Shown one piece after another: positions 1 to 12,492 of a stretch of DNA of 64,000 nucleotides (within the stretch, counting starts at the first letter, position 1; each line of letters starts with the position of its first letter). The stretch lies in NCBI RefSeq assembly GCF_006345805.1, contig NC_042997.1, positions 97,092,001 to 97,156,000 on the forward strand. The letters are read 5' to 3'. A program made the position numbers and the translations under genes. Under the pieces are notes generated by a model. That model ran no database searches. It was given only the letters and a program-made list of their open reading frames with translations, and was not told the DNA's origin. This DNA is from Octopus sinensis (taxonomy: Eukaryota).

Positions 1-290
1 AGGCGAGACACGACTTCGTTGAAATAGTCCTTCCCGCAAAGCAAATTAAATAAAATTTGAGATTTTTTTGCGGGAAGGGGGTAAAAGTGATAACAAAAAT
101 AGGACAGTGAAAACAATACAAATAAAAACAGTAAAATACAGCACAGGAGAATAACAGTAACACGAACATTAAGGGCTGTTGAACGTTTCGAGAACGGCGA
201 GAGAGACAGAGAAAGCCGTCTACACTTGGTGGAAGCAGGGTCAGAAAGGCAGTAGTGGCCTTCTCGTCGCTGACACGCGACGGGAGGGGG

Positions 291-392
291 GAGGGGGGGA
301 GAATGAGGAGGAGGAGGTGGTGGTGGTGGTGGAGGAGGAGGAGGAGGAGGGGGTGGTGGTGGTGGTGGTGGTGGAGGAGGAGGAGGGGTGTA
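291..392. repeat. (GGA)n/(GGT)n G-rich low-complexity tract
   Basis: Pure GAG/GTG trinucleotide runs; explains the spurious poly-E/V ORF 179-451. Confidence 0.9.
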
Positions 393-634
393 AGGGAAAG
401 GGAGAGAAAAAGGGAAGAGTTGTAGAGAAAACCAGAAAGAATGAAGGATGAGAGTGGGAGGGGGTCAGAAAGGTTAAGAGTGCGCATCATTATTATTATT
501 AAGATAAAACTTACTTAGAAGTGGTTGCATGGCGTTCTATCATGTAATAACAAAATAATAAATAAAATATGTGCATGTATACATATATACATACATATAT
601 ACATATATACATACACACACACACACACATACAT

Positions 635-687
<53 letters not shown>

Positions 688-710
688 AATGCATATATAT
701 GCATACATGT

Positions 711-995
711 AGAGGTGCAATGGCTCAGTCTTTAGGGTAGCGGACTCGCGGTCGTAGTATCACGGTTTCGATACTACGTTGTGATTTTTTATTGAGCGAA
801 AACACCTAAAGCTCCGCCAGTGGGGGGTCGCGATCACTGCTGTGCTCTTTCGCCACAACTCACTCTTTCTTCTGTTGACCTGCTCGCTTAGCCAACGGGG
901 TGCCGTCATTTGTAGGCTAAAACAATGCGAAGCGCATTGTGACCAGCGCTGTGTAGCAACATCTGATAGTCTGGTCAGTCAAGGTGATCACGGTT
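711..995 (+). mobile_element. tRNA-derived SINE (octopus OR-like head), tail type 1
   Basis: Head 'gcaatggctcagtctttagggtagcggactcgcggtcg...ttcgat' with A/B-box-like motifs; same head at 8431 (+) and 46072 (-). Confidence 0.8.
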
Positions 996-1102
996 ATATA
1001 TATATATATATATATATACGTACACATATATATATACATATATATATATATATACATATATATATGTATGTATATATATATATAATATATATATATTATA
1101 TA

Positions 1103-1140
<38 letters not shown>

Positions 1141-1176
1141 TATATATAATGTGTGTGTGTGTGTGTGTGTGTGTGA

Positions 1177-1517
1177 AGGCGCATGGCTCAGTGGTTAGAG
1201 CGTCGAGCTTACGATCGTGAGGTTGTGAGCTCGAATCCCGGACCGGGCTGCGTGTTGTGTTCTTGAGCAAGGCACTTTATTTTCACGTTGCTCCAGTTCA
1301 CTCAGCTGTAGAAATGAGTTGCGACGTCACTGGTGCCAAGCTGTATCGACCTTTGTCTTTCCCTTGGATAACACTGGTGGCGTGGAGAGGGGAGGCTGGT
1401 ATGCATGGGCGACTGCTGGTCTTCCATAAACAACCTTGCCCGGACTTGTGTCTAGGAGGGTAACTTTCTAGGTGCAATCCCATGGTCATTCATGACCGAA
1501 GGGGGTCTTTACCCTTT
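1177..1517 (+). mobile_element. tRNA-derived SINE with conserved-core-like body
   Basis: Head 'ggcgcatggctcagtggttagagcg...agctcgaatccc', then 'ttgagcaaggcactt...ccagttcactcagctgta', typical of core-domain SINEs. Confidence 0.8.
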
Positions 1518-1811
1518 ATATATATATATATATATTATATTAAATTAGAGACAAAACCACTATTAGGCTTTATTCCCTAATATTTATTATATATATATAT
1601 ATATATATATACAAACATACATATAATTTACGTTGACGACGTAACTGTTACGTACCTAATAAATGACGTATATATATATGTATATATATATATGCAACAT
1701 ACATATAATTTACGTTGATGACGTAATGCATTAGGTATGTATTATAAGTGCTCGGTTTTGCTCACCACTAAAACTCTGGCTTGAACTGCAACTGATATCT
1801 ATCTACCTATC

Positions 1812-1876
<65 letters not shown>

Positions 1877-1877
<1 letters not shown>

Positions 1878-1993
1878 CGGGAAGCTTTACGAAAATAAAC
1901 AAAAGATGAAGGCAGGTGGAGTACAAACAAACAATTGTATTAGTATGGCGCTCAGGAATAGAAATAAAACAAGTCTTTTTACGTTTCGGGCCT
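1877..1993 (-). mobile_element. Truncated copy of the ~200-bp hammerhead-bearing PLE-type repeat
   Basis: Matches 45555-45753, 60197-60407, 61257-61428 and 36590-36783; breaks within the 'acgtttcg' motif and abuts (TA)n. Confidence 0.75.
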
Positions 1994-2598
1994 ATATATA
2001 TATATACACATATATATATATGTATATACATAGATGTGTTTATGAGCGTGTGTGTGTATGTCATTATTTAGTTTTATTTCAAGATTTCTTGCCAAAGGAG
2101 AAAGCCAGTTTCTAACCTTATGTATGTATGTATGTATGTATGTATGTATGTATGTATGCATATGCGTATGTGTATGTATTTATTAATATACGTACGGTCT
2201 AAGCAGTTTCTTACATAATAGATATCGTTCTAATTTCAGTAAAAGAATTTTAAAGTTAAAAGCGTATACATGTGTCAAAACACAGATTTATAAGCGATCG
2301 CAACGACAGACATGAACAAGTATACATACGTGAGTAGATACTGGCGTATATTCATGACTAACTTGTTCATGTATATACTGTAATAAAAGAGCTTTGTTTC
2401 TGTAATAAAATATACTGTAATAAAAGATCTTGGATAGAGATCGGATTTATTTCTATTGGTAAACAATTTGAAAAGCTAAACTATATCCGACCTAATACAG
2501 ACAGAAAGGTAGACAGACAGACATGCATATATACATACCTACATACATACATGCATGCATGCGTACATACATACATAAATGCATACATACATACATAC

Positions 2599-2880
2599 TG
2601 ATGGCTGAAGATGACAGTAGAATTGACGCGAAGCGCAGCCTCTCTTGGACACAAGACCACTACATCACATGACACTCTGAAGGCTATGTGTTTGCAATCC
2701 AGGAACAGGAGATTTCCACAAAGTACCTGGTGAACAAGAGAGACAGTGACACTGTTGTAATCTCAAGTTGCAACCGCATGTGTAGGCTATGTCATGTTTC
2801 GGTAAAAGATATTACGCATGTGATTAGCAGCTGTCCTAAAATGTCGTCACGGTACTACCTCCCTTACGGAACGATGGTTA
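2599..2880 (+). mobile_element. Fragment of RLE-type non-LTR retrotransposon (R4/Dong/NeSL-like), post-RT and CCHC region
   Basis: Translation IDAKRSLSW..*HSEGYVFAIQEQEISTKYL..CRLC..DITHVISSCP..RYYLP, with an internal stop and a frameshift. Confidence 0.8.
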
Positions 2881-2976
2881 GTTATGGACACGTTAATGTA
2901 AGGATATCTTAGCGACAACTGTTAGCTCTAGATATCACGAGGTGAAACAGGCGAAAATTTAATATCATTTACTCAC

Positions 2977-3055
2977 CGTGACGAAGATGTGTTTGGTCCG
3001 TCACCTGCGGCATTGAGTTGCAGCGATGGTAGGTATTAATCTCGCAAGGCAGCAT
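2977..3055 (-). other. Candidate exon of unknown function inside the dipeptidase intron
   Basis: Unique sequence ending in a consensus donor CACG|GTGAGT. Reads MLPCEINTYHRCNSMPQVTDQTHLRH from an ATG preceded by ttctatag. No homology recognised. Confidence 0.3.
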
Positions 3056-4080
3056 CTATAGAATAGTCCCGTCAGGGATGGGACATCGGGATTATCGGGA
3101 TGATTCAATGGATTGAAAAATATCAAAAGTGCACTTCTTCTATGACAATATGTATTATCTGTCTTATCAATGCATGCTACTGTTGGCGCGTATGCTGTCT
3201 TTCATCGAGACAGAGTTGACAATTGTGAATTACAAAAGATTAAGATGGGGCCTTGTTGGGTATACTGCAACTGATGTTTCGAAATTGCTTTGTAGTAGGT
3301 TGGAACAGGCCTTAAGATTCCCACATAAGTTTGTAAAGCCTTTAAGAAATTTAACACACGTTTTAGATAACTCAATATATCACCCATAGATTGGTGGGAA
3401 AGAAAAGATAAAACTCCCCAACTGCGCGTTTTCTTAACCAACCTAGTAATTATTCCTTTCCCTTTCCACTACCCAGAGTAATGTGGAATTTATTCCACAG
3501 CCACGAATATAGCTAATGGTAAAATGAATTTAAATTTATGTCAGTTTATAATTAAAATATTCATTTACAAAGAACTAGCATCATTAAAATACATATACAT
3601 TTACTTATACATCCCAAAAAACCTATACATACATATATACACTAGACATACAAACGCTGGTACATGCCTGCATACAAACAAATACAAACAAATACATGCA
3701 ATATATATATATATATATTATATTAATATATATATATATATATATATATTATAATATAATGGAGAAAGACGGTTATTAATTAGGTACCTAACAGTTAGTA
3801 AAAGTACTAAAAGTAAGTAATTATTAAGGGCTTGAACGTCTGAAAATATTTCTATAAATTCATGATCCAAGAAATTGCCAATAATCTCGATTTCTGAAGT
3901 TTATTGAATTTTTGAACTCCAATTTCTCACAAATTTAAATATTCGTTGCATTCAGTGTGCCCAATTCTTCACAAATTCAAATATTCATTGCATTTACTGT
4001 GGAGTAGATTTTAATTTTCAATAATAACCAATATTAATTCATTGCAGGCAACATTTTCCGTTATTGTTTGCAAACAGTCT

Positions 4081-4140
<60 letters not shown>

Positions 4141-4388
4141 CTCTCTCTCGCCTCTACTTTCATTAATGATAATTTAATAACGGTTGTATAACTTTGATAC
4201 AAGGCACAATTTCAAGAATATTATCAGTTTCCGGAATTTGTTAAATGAATATTTTTGATAAAATTCTTTAATATACCGGTATAATTTTTGTATTTTTACA
4301 TGGAGGACATGAGTTTATGGGTTCTTCTTTGGGACGAATTCCAACAATATCCCTCAGTAGACACCAATCTGAACTATATTATTTTCGA

Positions 4389-4530
<142 letters not shown>

Positions 4531-4958
4531 ATATATATATACATATTATGCGTCTCCGAGCGTATTTTTAAATGTACAAGCTAGGAATAGAAAGAAAAAA
4601 ATCAGAAAAGAAGTAGTGGGAAAAGAAAGAAAAGAGAGAAAGAGAAAAACAGATAGAGAGGGAGAGAGAAAACTTTTTCGAAGTTGGCGCTCTCAAACAG
4701 TATCTAACAATTGTTAGATATTTCTGTAAACTTGCAACTGCACATACATAAAACAGACATGCATATCTACATAAATACATACATATATACAATAGTAACA
4801 CACATGCAGACACGCATACAAGTATACAAATAAATATCTACGTAGATAAATATATATATATATATATTGATAAAAATGGTAAGACAACAAAAGAATGAAA
4901 GAGACCTCGATATTATGTATATAGAGGAATTTATCTGTAAATGTAATATGTGACAATT

Positions 4959-5122
4959 ATTCGGTAGCCATGATAAAACTCCGAGTTTCGGATGCCGAAG
5001 TGGAAATCCACGCCACCAGATTTTTTTCATAGTATTTTTCCTATGGCCAGATAACTGAAGAGATGGCGGCGTGGATTCCAACTCGGCATCCGAAACTCGG
5101 AGTTTTATCATGGCTACCGAAT
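4959..5122. mobile_element. MITE / foldback element with long TIRs
   Basis: 'attcggtagccatgataaaactccgagtttcggatgccga' ... 'tcggcatccgaaactcggagttttatcatggctaccgaat' are perfect reverse complements. Confidence 0.8.
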
Positions 5123-5133
5123 TACAGATATAT

Positions 5134-5160
<27 letters not shown>

Positions 5161-5166
<6 letters not shown>

Positions 5167-5380
5167 ACTTATAAATAAGGGCAAACGAAAAAATTTCTAA
5201 TGCCAAATATGCCGAAATTAAACGCATTGTCCATAACCATATAATTTTTCACAATACGCACGCTACTTTTTTGAGTAGCGTGCGTATTGTGAAAAATTAT
5301 ATGGTTATAGACAAGGTGTCTAATTTCGGCATATTTGGCATTAGAAAATTTTTCGTTTGTCCTTATTTATAAGTTGTTTA
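5161..5380. repeat. Long near-perfect palindrome (107-bp arms, 6-nt loop)
   Basis: Arms 5161-5267 and 5274-5380; loop tttttg. Confidence 0.9.
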
Positions 5381-6111
5381 TAAATTTAACCTTTAAAGGT
5401 ATTTTTTAATATGCTGGCCATTGATAAAATGTTTTTTTCGAAAAAATGTTATCCTACATTATATATATATATATTCACATCAAGATACATATATACACCA
5501 TGACGTATAAACGCATTCAAATATATGAAAAAAAAATGAAGTATTGAATATTTAAATCAGAAAATTGTACTATAAATTAATATATAATATAATTAAGTGT
5601 AATATAAATTTGAAAAATAGAAATTTGATAAAATATAGACTTAAAATCTAAAATATAAATATGAAAGTGAGTTAAAATTGAAGCTCAGCAAAATCTAAAC
5701 GATCGAAAGTGGCTAATTAGCAATTTACAAGCAAAAGGTGACTAAGGGTACTAGTCAACACCAGCATTGCTAGAAATAAGAGTCAGAACAATTCTTCGCC
5801 ACGGGGAAGCACTTATCTAATGACTGACAAGTGAAACAAGCTCCCTACAGCAAGCGAGCCAGAGCCAGATCGTAGATGATTTCAAATTTGATTAATCCTC
5901 ATCAGTGACTCTCACCCGGTTGCCGAAGATTAAAGCTAACTCGCCTTGTCAGTTTATTGTAAATATTATAGGAATAAAGGTTTGATCTCATAAATAGTAA
6001 AAGTGAAAGTCACAAATTATTAAAGTGCCTAATTCGCAATTTACAGCAAAAACACATTACTATAGACGCCACTAAGGTGACTAAGGGTGCTAGTACTACC
6101 AGCATTTTCTT

Positions 6112-6480
6112 CTATTTGTTTCAGTCATTTGACTGCAGCCATGCTGGAGCACCGCCTTTAGTCGATCAAATCGACTCCAGGGCTTATTCTATCGGCCCCT
6201 CTTGCCGAACCGGTAAGTGACGGGGACGTAAACACACCAGCATCGGTTATCAAGTGATGTTGGGGGGACAAACATAGATAACACAAACATATACATACAC
6301 ATATATATATACATATATACGACGGACTTCTTTCAGTTTCCGTCTACCAAATCCACTCACAAGGCTTTGGTCAGCCCGAGGCTATAGTAGAAGACACTTG
6401 CCCAAGGTACCACGCAGAAGGACTGAACCCAGAACCATGTAGTTGGTAAGCAAGCTACTTACTACACAGCCACTCCTGCA
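6112..6480 (-). mobile_element. tRNA-derived SINE family A (internal microsatellite)
   Basis: Head rc 'gcaggagtggctgtgt..taagtagcttgcttacc'; body 'gagtggatttggtagacggaaactgaaagaag'; tail 'gcagtcaaatgactgaaaca'. Confidence 0.9.
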
Positions 6481-6499
6481 CTAGATAATACTGCTGGAT

Positions 6500-6572
<73 letters not shown>

Positions 6573-7544
6573 TCAAACAACAGATAATTCAAGGGAAAAA
6601 CTGGCTTGGTTTATCTGCTGAAAGATCGGAAACGTAAAACTTGGATTACTGGAAACTATGAGCCTTTCAGTCTTCTTTCGATTCTTCGAAGCGTAATGAT
6701 TATATAGCAGTTACCCAATTTTACACAGTTCCTTTTCGTTTTTATTGAAAACTTCAAGGCCTCTTGCAATGTGGGTGTAGGTATGGATAGTACACGGCAG
6801 ACAAGTATTGGACTTGTTTTATTGTTACTCGGTGAATTGGCAGATAGTTAAAATATCTAAATTAATAAACAGTTACATTAGAGAGAAAAAAACTACAATA
6901 CGAAATGAAAGAAAACCCACTGACATGTCGAATCAGGAAGGTAACAAATAGCCTAGGAACAACAAGCAGAGATCGAAGATCTTGACTTTTAGCCATTGAG
7001 TATTCTGCTATGCTGTGCTACGATTACCATTCGCCAAGAGGGGTGGGTAAGATAGATCGATGAGAAGAAAGAAGCAGAATGGATTGCACAGCTCCAGACA
7101 AATATCAGTAGGTTCAGGGAAAAGTATTGAAGCGTAAGACACTGTCGTTAAGTACAAATTGCTTAATATATTCACGAACTGTTAGTTCGTGAATATCGTA
7201 GTAACCAGTTTATGATAGATTGTCAACGGCCTACTTATTTATGTATGCGGGTATGGCTATGTGTATAAGTATACATGTATGTATTTATATGCCTCTATAT
7301 ATATGTGTGTATGTATGCATGTGTGAGTGTGTATGATTTTGTGTGTGTATATATATAAGTATATCTAAATATGCATGTCTGTATATAAAAACGTGTGTAA
7401 ATGAATACTCTGTAAAAGTATCTCTCATAAATTGCAATTTTAACTTTTTATGCATTTTCCAATTTATTACAATCTAATATTAGTGATATAATTCGGCGTC
7501 TGTTCTTTGCATGTATTTCATTTACACATTTATTTATATCTACG

Positions 7545-7812
7545 TCTTTTTTTTTTACTTCTTTGAGTCACTGAACTGACAGCGGCCGTGCTAGAGCACT
7601 GCCTTAAAGGGTTTAGTCGAACAAATCGACCGCAGTACTTATTTTTTCGGTCTCTTGCGCCTAACCTAAACCGGTGGCGGAGGTCAAACACAAACAGAAA
7701 AAAACACACACATATAGATATGTGCATATGTGTGTGTGTGCCTGTGTGTGTATGAGTGTGTATGCATGTATGTATGTATGTATGTATGTATGTATGTATA
7801 TATGTATGTATG

Positions 7813-7856
<44 letters not shown>

Positions 7857-7861
7857 ATATA

Positions 7862-7892
<31 letters not shown>

Positions 7893-8033
7893 CATACATA
7901 CATACATACATACATACATACATCTTTCAGTTTCCATCCACCAAATCCATTCATCAAGACTTGCTGACGCAATGGGACTGAACCTGAAATCGTGTTGATG
8001 GGAAGCAAAATTTTTTACTACATAGCCACGCCT
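7545..8033 (-). mobile_element. SINE family A, degenerate, with expanded internal microsatellite
   Basis: Family A tail at 7545-7700 and head at 7920-8033 flank ~220 bp of TG/TATG/TA repeats. Confidence 0.75.
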
Positions 8034-8291
8034 CGAAAATTAATTTAAATATTGGTAAACGATTTTTAAAAGCAGTATTATGGGTGCTTAAAATTACCCT
8101 GACTTTTAACATTAGAGGTCGAGTAAAAATTACTATGAGCTAAAATTCTAACTAATAATTGAATCACACAGAAATTTCTGAAATAAACTACATTTATAGA
8201 TTCCAATGAGCGATTGATGTAGCGGAGACACTTTGCTGAAAAAATTATATTATATGGGTTAAATATAACTATTTGCTCAACAGCTCTATAT

Positions 8292-8352
<61 letters not shown>

Positions 8353-8430
8353 TGTGTTTGTGTGTGTGTGTGTATGTATGTATGTGTGTATGTGTGTGTG
8401 TGTGTATTTCTGTAAGTGTATGTATGCATA

Positions 8431-8808
8431 GTGGAGTCGCAATGGCCCAGTGGTTAGGGCAGCGGACTCGCGGTTGTGGGATCGCGGCTTCGATTCCCAG
8501 ACCGGGCGTTGTGAGTGTTTATTGAACGAAAACATCTAAAGCTCCACGAGGCTCCGGCAGGGGGTATTGTCAATCCTGCTGTACTCTTTCACCGCAACTT
8601 TCTCTCTTCCTTCCTGTTTCTGTTTTTCCTGAATTTCAAAGTCCCTAGGACTATTCTACTCTGTGTCACGCTGAATCTCCCCGAGAACAACGTTAAGGGT
8701 ACACGTGTCTATGGAATGCTTAGCCACTTGCACGTTCATTTCACGAGCAAGCTATTCCGTTGTTCGGATCAATTGGAACCCTCGTTGCCGTAACCAACGG
8801 AGTGCCAC
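8431..8808 (+). mobile_element. tRNA-derived SINE (OR-like head), tail type 2
   Basis: Same head as 711 but a different 3' body ('ctgaatctccccgagaac...gtaaccaacggagtgcc'). Confidence 0.85.
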
Positions 8809-8964
8809 GATGTATGCATGTCTGTGTATGTGTGTGTGTTTAATGAACATGAACGAGATAGTTGAATTGAACAGGTGAGCAAGCAAGTGAATTAACAGAC
8901 AGGTAGATAAATATTGATTGTTAGCACAAATGTTAGCACAAGACCAATAATTTCGTGGGAGTTA

Positions 8965-9130
8965 GGTAAGTCGATTAACATCGACTCCGACTCCAGTGAT
9001 CAACCTGCACTTATTTTATCGATCTGGAAAGCATGACAGGTAAAGTCAACACCGGCAGCATTTAATTTCAAAGAGTAAAGTCGAAACAAATACCGCCAAG
9101 CATTTTGTTCGCGCAGTAACGCTTTGGCCA
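8965..9130 (-). mobile_element. SINE family B, degenerate copy
   Basis: Partial match to the family B core ('ttattttatcga..gaaagcatga.aggtaaagtc.acc..c.gcatttaa.ttca.a'). Confidence 0.65.
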
Positions 9131-9198
9131 GTTCAAACAGATACAAACATATATACATACGTACACTAAGATAAATAGCAAGGTGATATTCCACTTAC

Positions 9199-9395
9199 CC
9201 GTCAATGAGAGCATGTGTTTTCAAAATAACTTTTGCTGTCTCTAAACTATCAGCACTTCTGCTGGATTTGGATGCTGCTGCCAAAGGTACACCAATAGAT
9301 ATACAAATTACCAGCAAAAGTAATAACGCCAAACCTGCAGCTATCATTGTTTGCTTCTTAGTTAATCTTGACAAGGGACCACAGCTACTGGCCAT
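9199..9395 (-). CDS. DPEP1-like: First coding exon of a membrane dipeptidase (peptidase family M19), signal-anchored
   Basis: MASSCGPLSRLTKKQTMIAAGLALLLLLVICISIGVPLAAASKSSRSADSLETAKVILKTHALIDG: strong Kozak (actATGG), hydrophobic anchor, then the 'A..IL....LIDG' motif that precedes HNDLP in M19 enzymes. Ends at a consensus phase-2 donor GG|GTAAGT. No HNDLP exon found in 1-9195. Confidence 0.8.
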
Positions 9396-9999
9396 AGTTG
9401 TTTTCTTTATTAATTTCTTTAGTGTAATCTAAGTTTTCTTTTTTTTCTTTTCCTTTTTTGTTTCCTGTTGGTTTTCCTTCTTTCTTTTGTTTTTTTCTTT
9501 GTTGAATAATATTATTTTATTGTCATTTACAGAATGATATTAACTGATTCTTCGGCGCTACCCTACTTATGTAGCTTGCTTATGGTATATGTCCGAGTCG
9601 TTTACAGAACGTTGACATATAAATGCATATAAATACAGCGAGGTGTACGTAAAATATATATATAAAGTAAATACAGAGAAGTGAGGGAGAAAGAGAGATT
9701 AACACAGGGTGAGAATGGGGGAGAGACAGAGACAGATAGAGAGGGAAATGTAGGCTGACTGACAGGCAGAAACAGACACAAAATGACACAGAGTGATACT
9801 ACAACAGATAAACAGATGAACAGAGAAAGAAGCGGAGATGGGGAGCTACCTAACGGTTTAAAATAAATGACAAGCCATTCCATATTTGAATGTACCTCGT
9901 GTATTATATGAGAACTATGTTTATTAATGTGTGTGAACACACACGCACATACATACATACATACATACATACGTACATACATACATCCAAACATGCGTA

Positions 10000-10053
<54 letters not shown>

Positions 10054-10174
10054 GTGTATGTATGTATGTATGCATGTATATATGTGTATATATATATATA
10101 TATATGTAAGAACTTACTGTGGACAAGGTTACGTGTCGTTCAATTATAAGATTATAAATATATTAAAAAATACA

Positions 10175-10966
10175 CGAGCGAAAAGCACATAAACTCACGA
10201 GAGATAGGTACAGGACAAAATACCAAAAGAAGTCTAACTCCTCCTCAGTTGTCGACTGTTTATTACTCCTTATATCTAACTTTCAACGACAAGATAGGAA
10301 AATTTCATGAGACAACAGCATCCAGAAATTTTTAAAATATAAAGTTCGCGGAGAGTTAGGACTTCGAACGAACAAACAGCAACAAAGTGGACGTACAAAG
10401 TAAACAATTGACAAAGATGCATTGTAATGGGTAACGCCTGGGATAAATTTTGAAAATATATATAGAATAAATAGAAGAGAAGAAAATAGTAGAAGAGAAA
10501 AAATGTCAGGAGGTGAGAGAAATGACGTCCAGCTAGGTTGACGTCGCGTCCAAAAAGACAGAGGTGAGAGAAATGGTCTATAATTACATGTGGGCAAACA
10601 GGCAGAGGAGAAGGCGAATAAGAGAGAGGATGAGGGAAAGAAACAAAGGGATTATATCCTTTCAAAAGTTCTCCCAGGCGTTACCCATTGCAATGTGTCT
10701 TGGCCTTACGGCCCTTGATGTTTGTCTTCGTCAATTGTTTACTCTGTAATCCACTCCGTTGCTGTTTGTTTTTTCGAATCCCTAACTATCCAAAAACTTT
10801 GTATTTTTAAATTTTCTGGATGATGCTGTCCTATAAAGTTTTCCTATCTTGTCGTTGAAAGCACGAAATAGGGAATAATAAGCAGTCGACAACTGAGGAG
10901 GAGTTAGACATTTTTTGGCATTTTGTTCCGTACTTGCCTCTCGTGTGTTTACGTGTTGTTCGCTCG
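10175..10966. repeat. Diverged inverted repeat (~280-300-bp arms, ~200-bp spacer)
   Basis: 10175-10455 is the reverse complement of 10660-10966 (e.g. gtctaactcctcctcagttgtcgactg / cagtcgacaactgaggaggagttagac). Confidence 0.85.
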
Positions 10967-11139
10967 TTGGTGATGTCCTGTGCTTAATGTGTATATATAT
11001 ATCGAGGCTACAGCATGCAGAGTAAAGCCGCTTGCCACAGATTGACCTTGAACTCTGCTATGCATGTGCACTAAGTTCTAGCTAACTTCCGCTATTTACA
11101 GCAGTGCTTCGAAGTGACGTGTGTAAAGAGTGGTCGTCG

Positions 11140-11460
11140 CATTCACCATGACGAGAAAGTTTTCATGGTGCTACCTACTCGACGGCCTACACAAAGTTGC
11201 AGAAGGTGTATGAAGAGGAGTGTATGAGTTGCATACAAGTGTACGAATAGTTCAGACGTTTCCAAGATGGTCGAAAAATGTCGAAAGTGACGAACGTTTT
11301 GTGAGACCTGCAGCCAGTAGAACTGAGAAAAAACATCTTAGATGAGCGTTCAGGCGTGTAGAAAATCGTCGAATCACCATCCGTGAGTCATCAGATGATG
11401 TTCAGATTAGTTACGGTTCAGTTCAGTCCATTATCACTGAAGATTTGGTTATGAGACGCG
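11140..11460 (+). mobile_element. Mariner transposase N-terminal (HTH) relic
   Basis: Frameshifted KLQKVYEEECMS..VYE*FRRFQDGR..DER..RP..NRRITIRE..ISYGSVQSIITEDL. Confidence 0.8.
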
Positions 11461-11765
11461 ATTAAAATGTTTTGAAAACTTTGCGTGGGCCTCTAAGCAG
11501 GTATCGCCAAGCTTTTTACAAACTTTGATGCAGCTTCTCAGCTCAACTTTCTCTGTCAAGGTCAATAATGCGACGAATACATGCTACACACGTTACATCC
11601 AAGCACTGCTGTAAACAGTGAAAGTGAATTAGAACGTTTAAACGTTGTGCGCATGCACGGCAGAGTTCAAGCTCACACTGTGCCAAGCGGCTTTACTCTA
11701 CGTACTTTAGCTTCGTTACTAAAGCAACAGTCCAGATACTTATTGATCAGACTTCGTATATATAT

Positions 11766-11935
11766 TATATAAAATCCGTTCTGTCTGTCTGTGTGTGTCT
11801 TCTAGGATCTCGGGCATCCTCCATCCGATTGCGCTCGAATTTGATGTGTAGATACCGACGGTATCAGGGCATGTATAAGTCTTGAAAAAATTACAAAAAT
11901 CGATTCCAGGTGAGAATGCGATCGATAAAGCATTC
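11766..11935 (+). mobile_element. Non-autonomous Helitron-like 5' fragment
   Basis: 'tatataaaatcc..ctgtctgtctg..ccgattgcgctcgaattt', same architecture as 20904 and 41589. Confidence 0.5.
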
Positions 11936-12115
11936 TTTGAAATAGAAAAAGTCTATCTTTATTTCTTCTTTTGCTGGTGTCTCAAATTTAGTTTAAATCA
12001 GTGTTTCTCAAAGGGGAGGTCTATGGGACGGTCGGACAAGTTGTTTTGAGAAAATTTGGTTTAAATGTTTGATAACTCAGCACCGACCATTGGACGGGGG
12101 GGGTGCTTTTGCTCG

Positions 12116-12177
<62 letters not shown>

Positions 12178-12266
12178 TAATCATATCAAAGGGAAATGGA
12201 AATTAATAGAATTTTTCATTTCCAGTGGCCTAACGTGTAAACATTTAGTCCAAAGACTATGTATTA

Positions 12267-12412
12267 GTCATAAAATACAGTGTACATTTAAACACATAAG
12301 GAATCCACTCATGGGATTCAACACGCTAGAAAGAACCTAGCTGTTCTTTCTAGCGTGTTGAATCCCATGAGTGGATTCCTTATGTGTTTAAATGTACACT
12401 GTATTTTATGAC
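12267..12412. repeat. Perfect palindrome (70-bp arms, 6-nt loop)
   Basis: 12267-12336 is the exact reverse complement of 12343-12412; loop ctagct. Confidence 0.95.
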
Positions 12413-12423
12413 AATATATATAT

Positions 12424-12481
<58 letters not shown>

Positions 12482-12492
12482 AACACATATGT

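Noticed and set aside
1177-1255. tRNA genes at SINE heads (also 8431, 46072, 51518, 63196)
   Set aside because: Each continues into a SINE body and lacks a complete acceptor stem.
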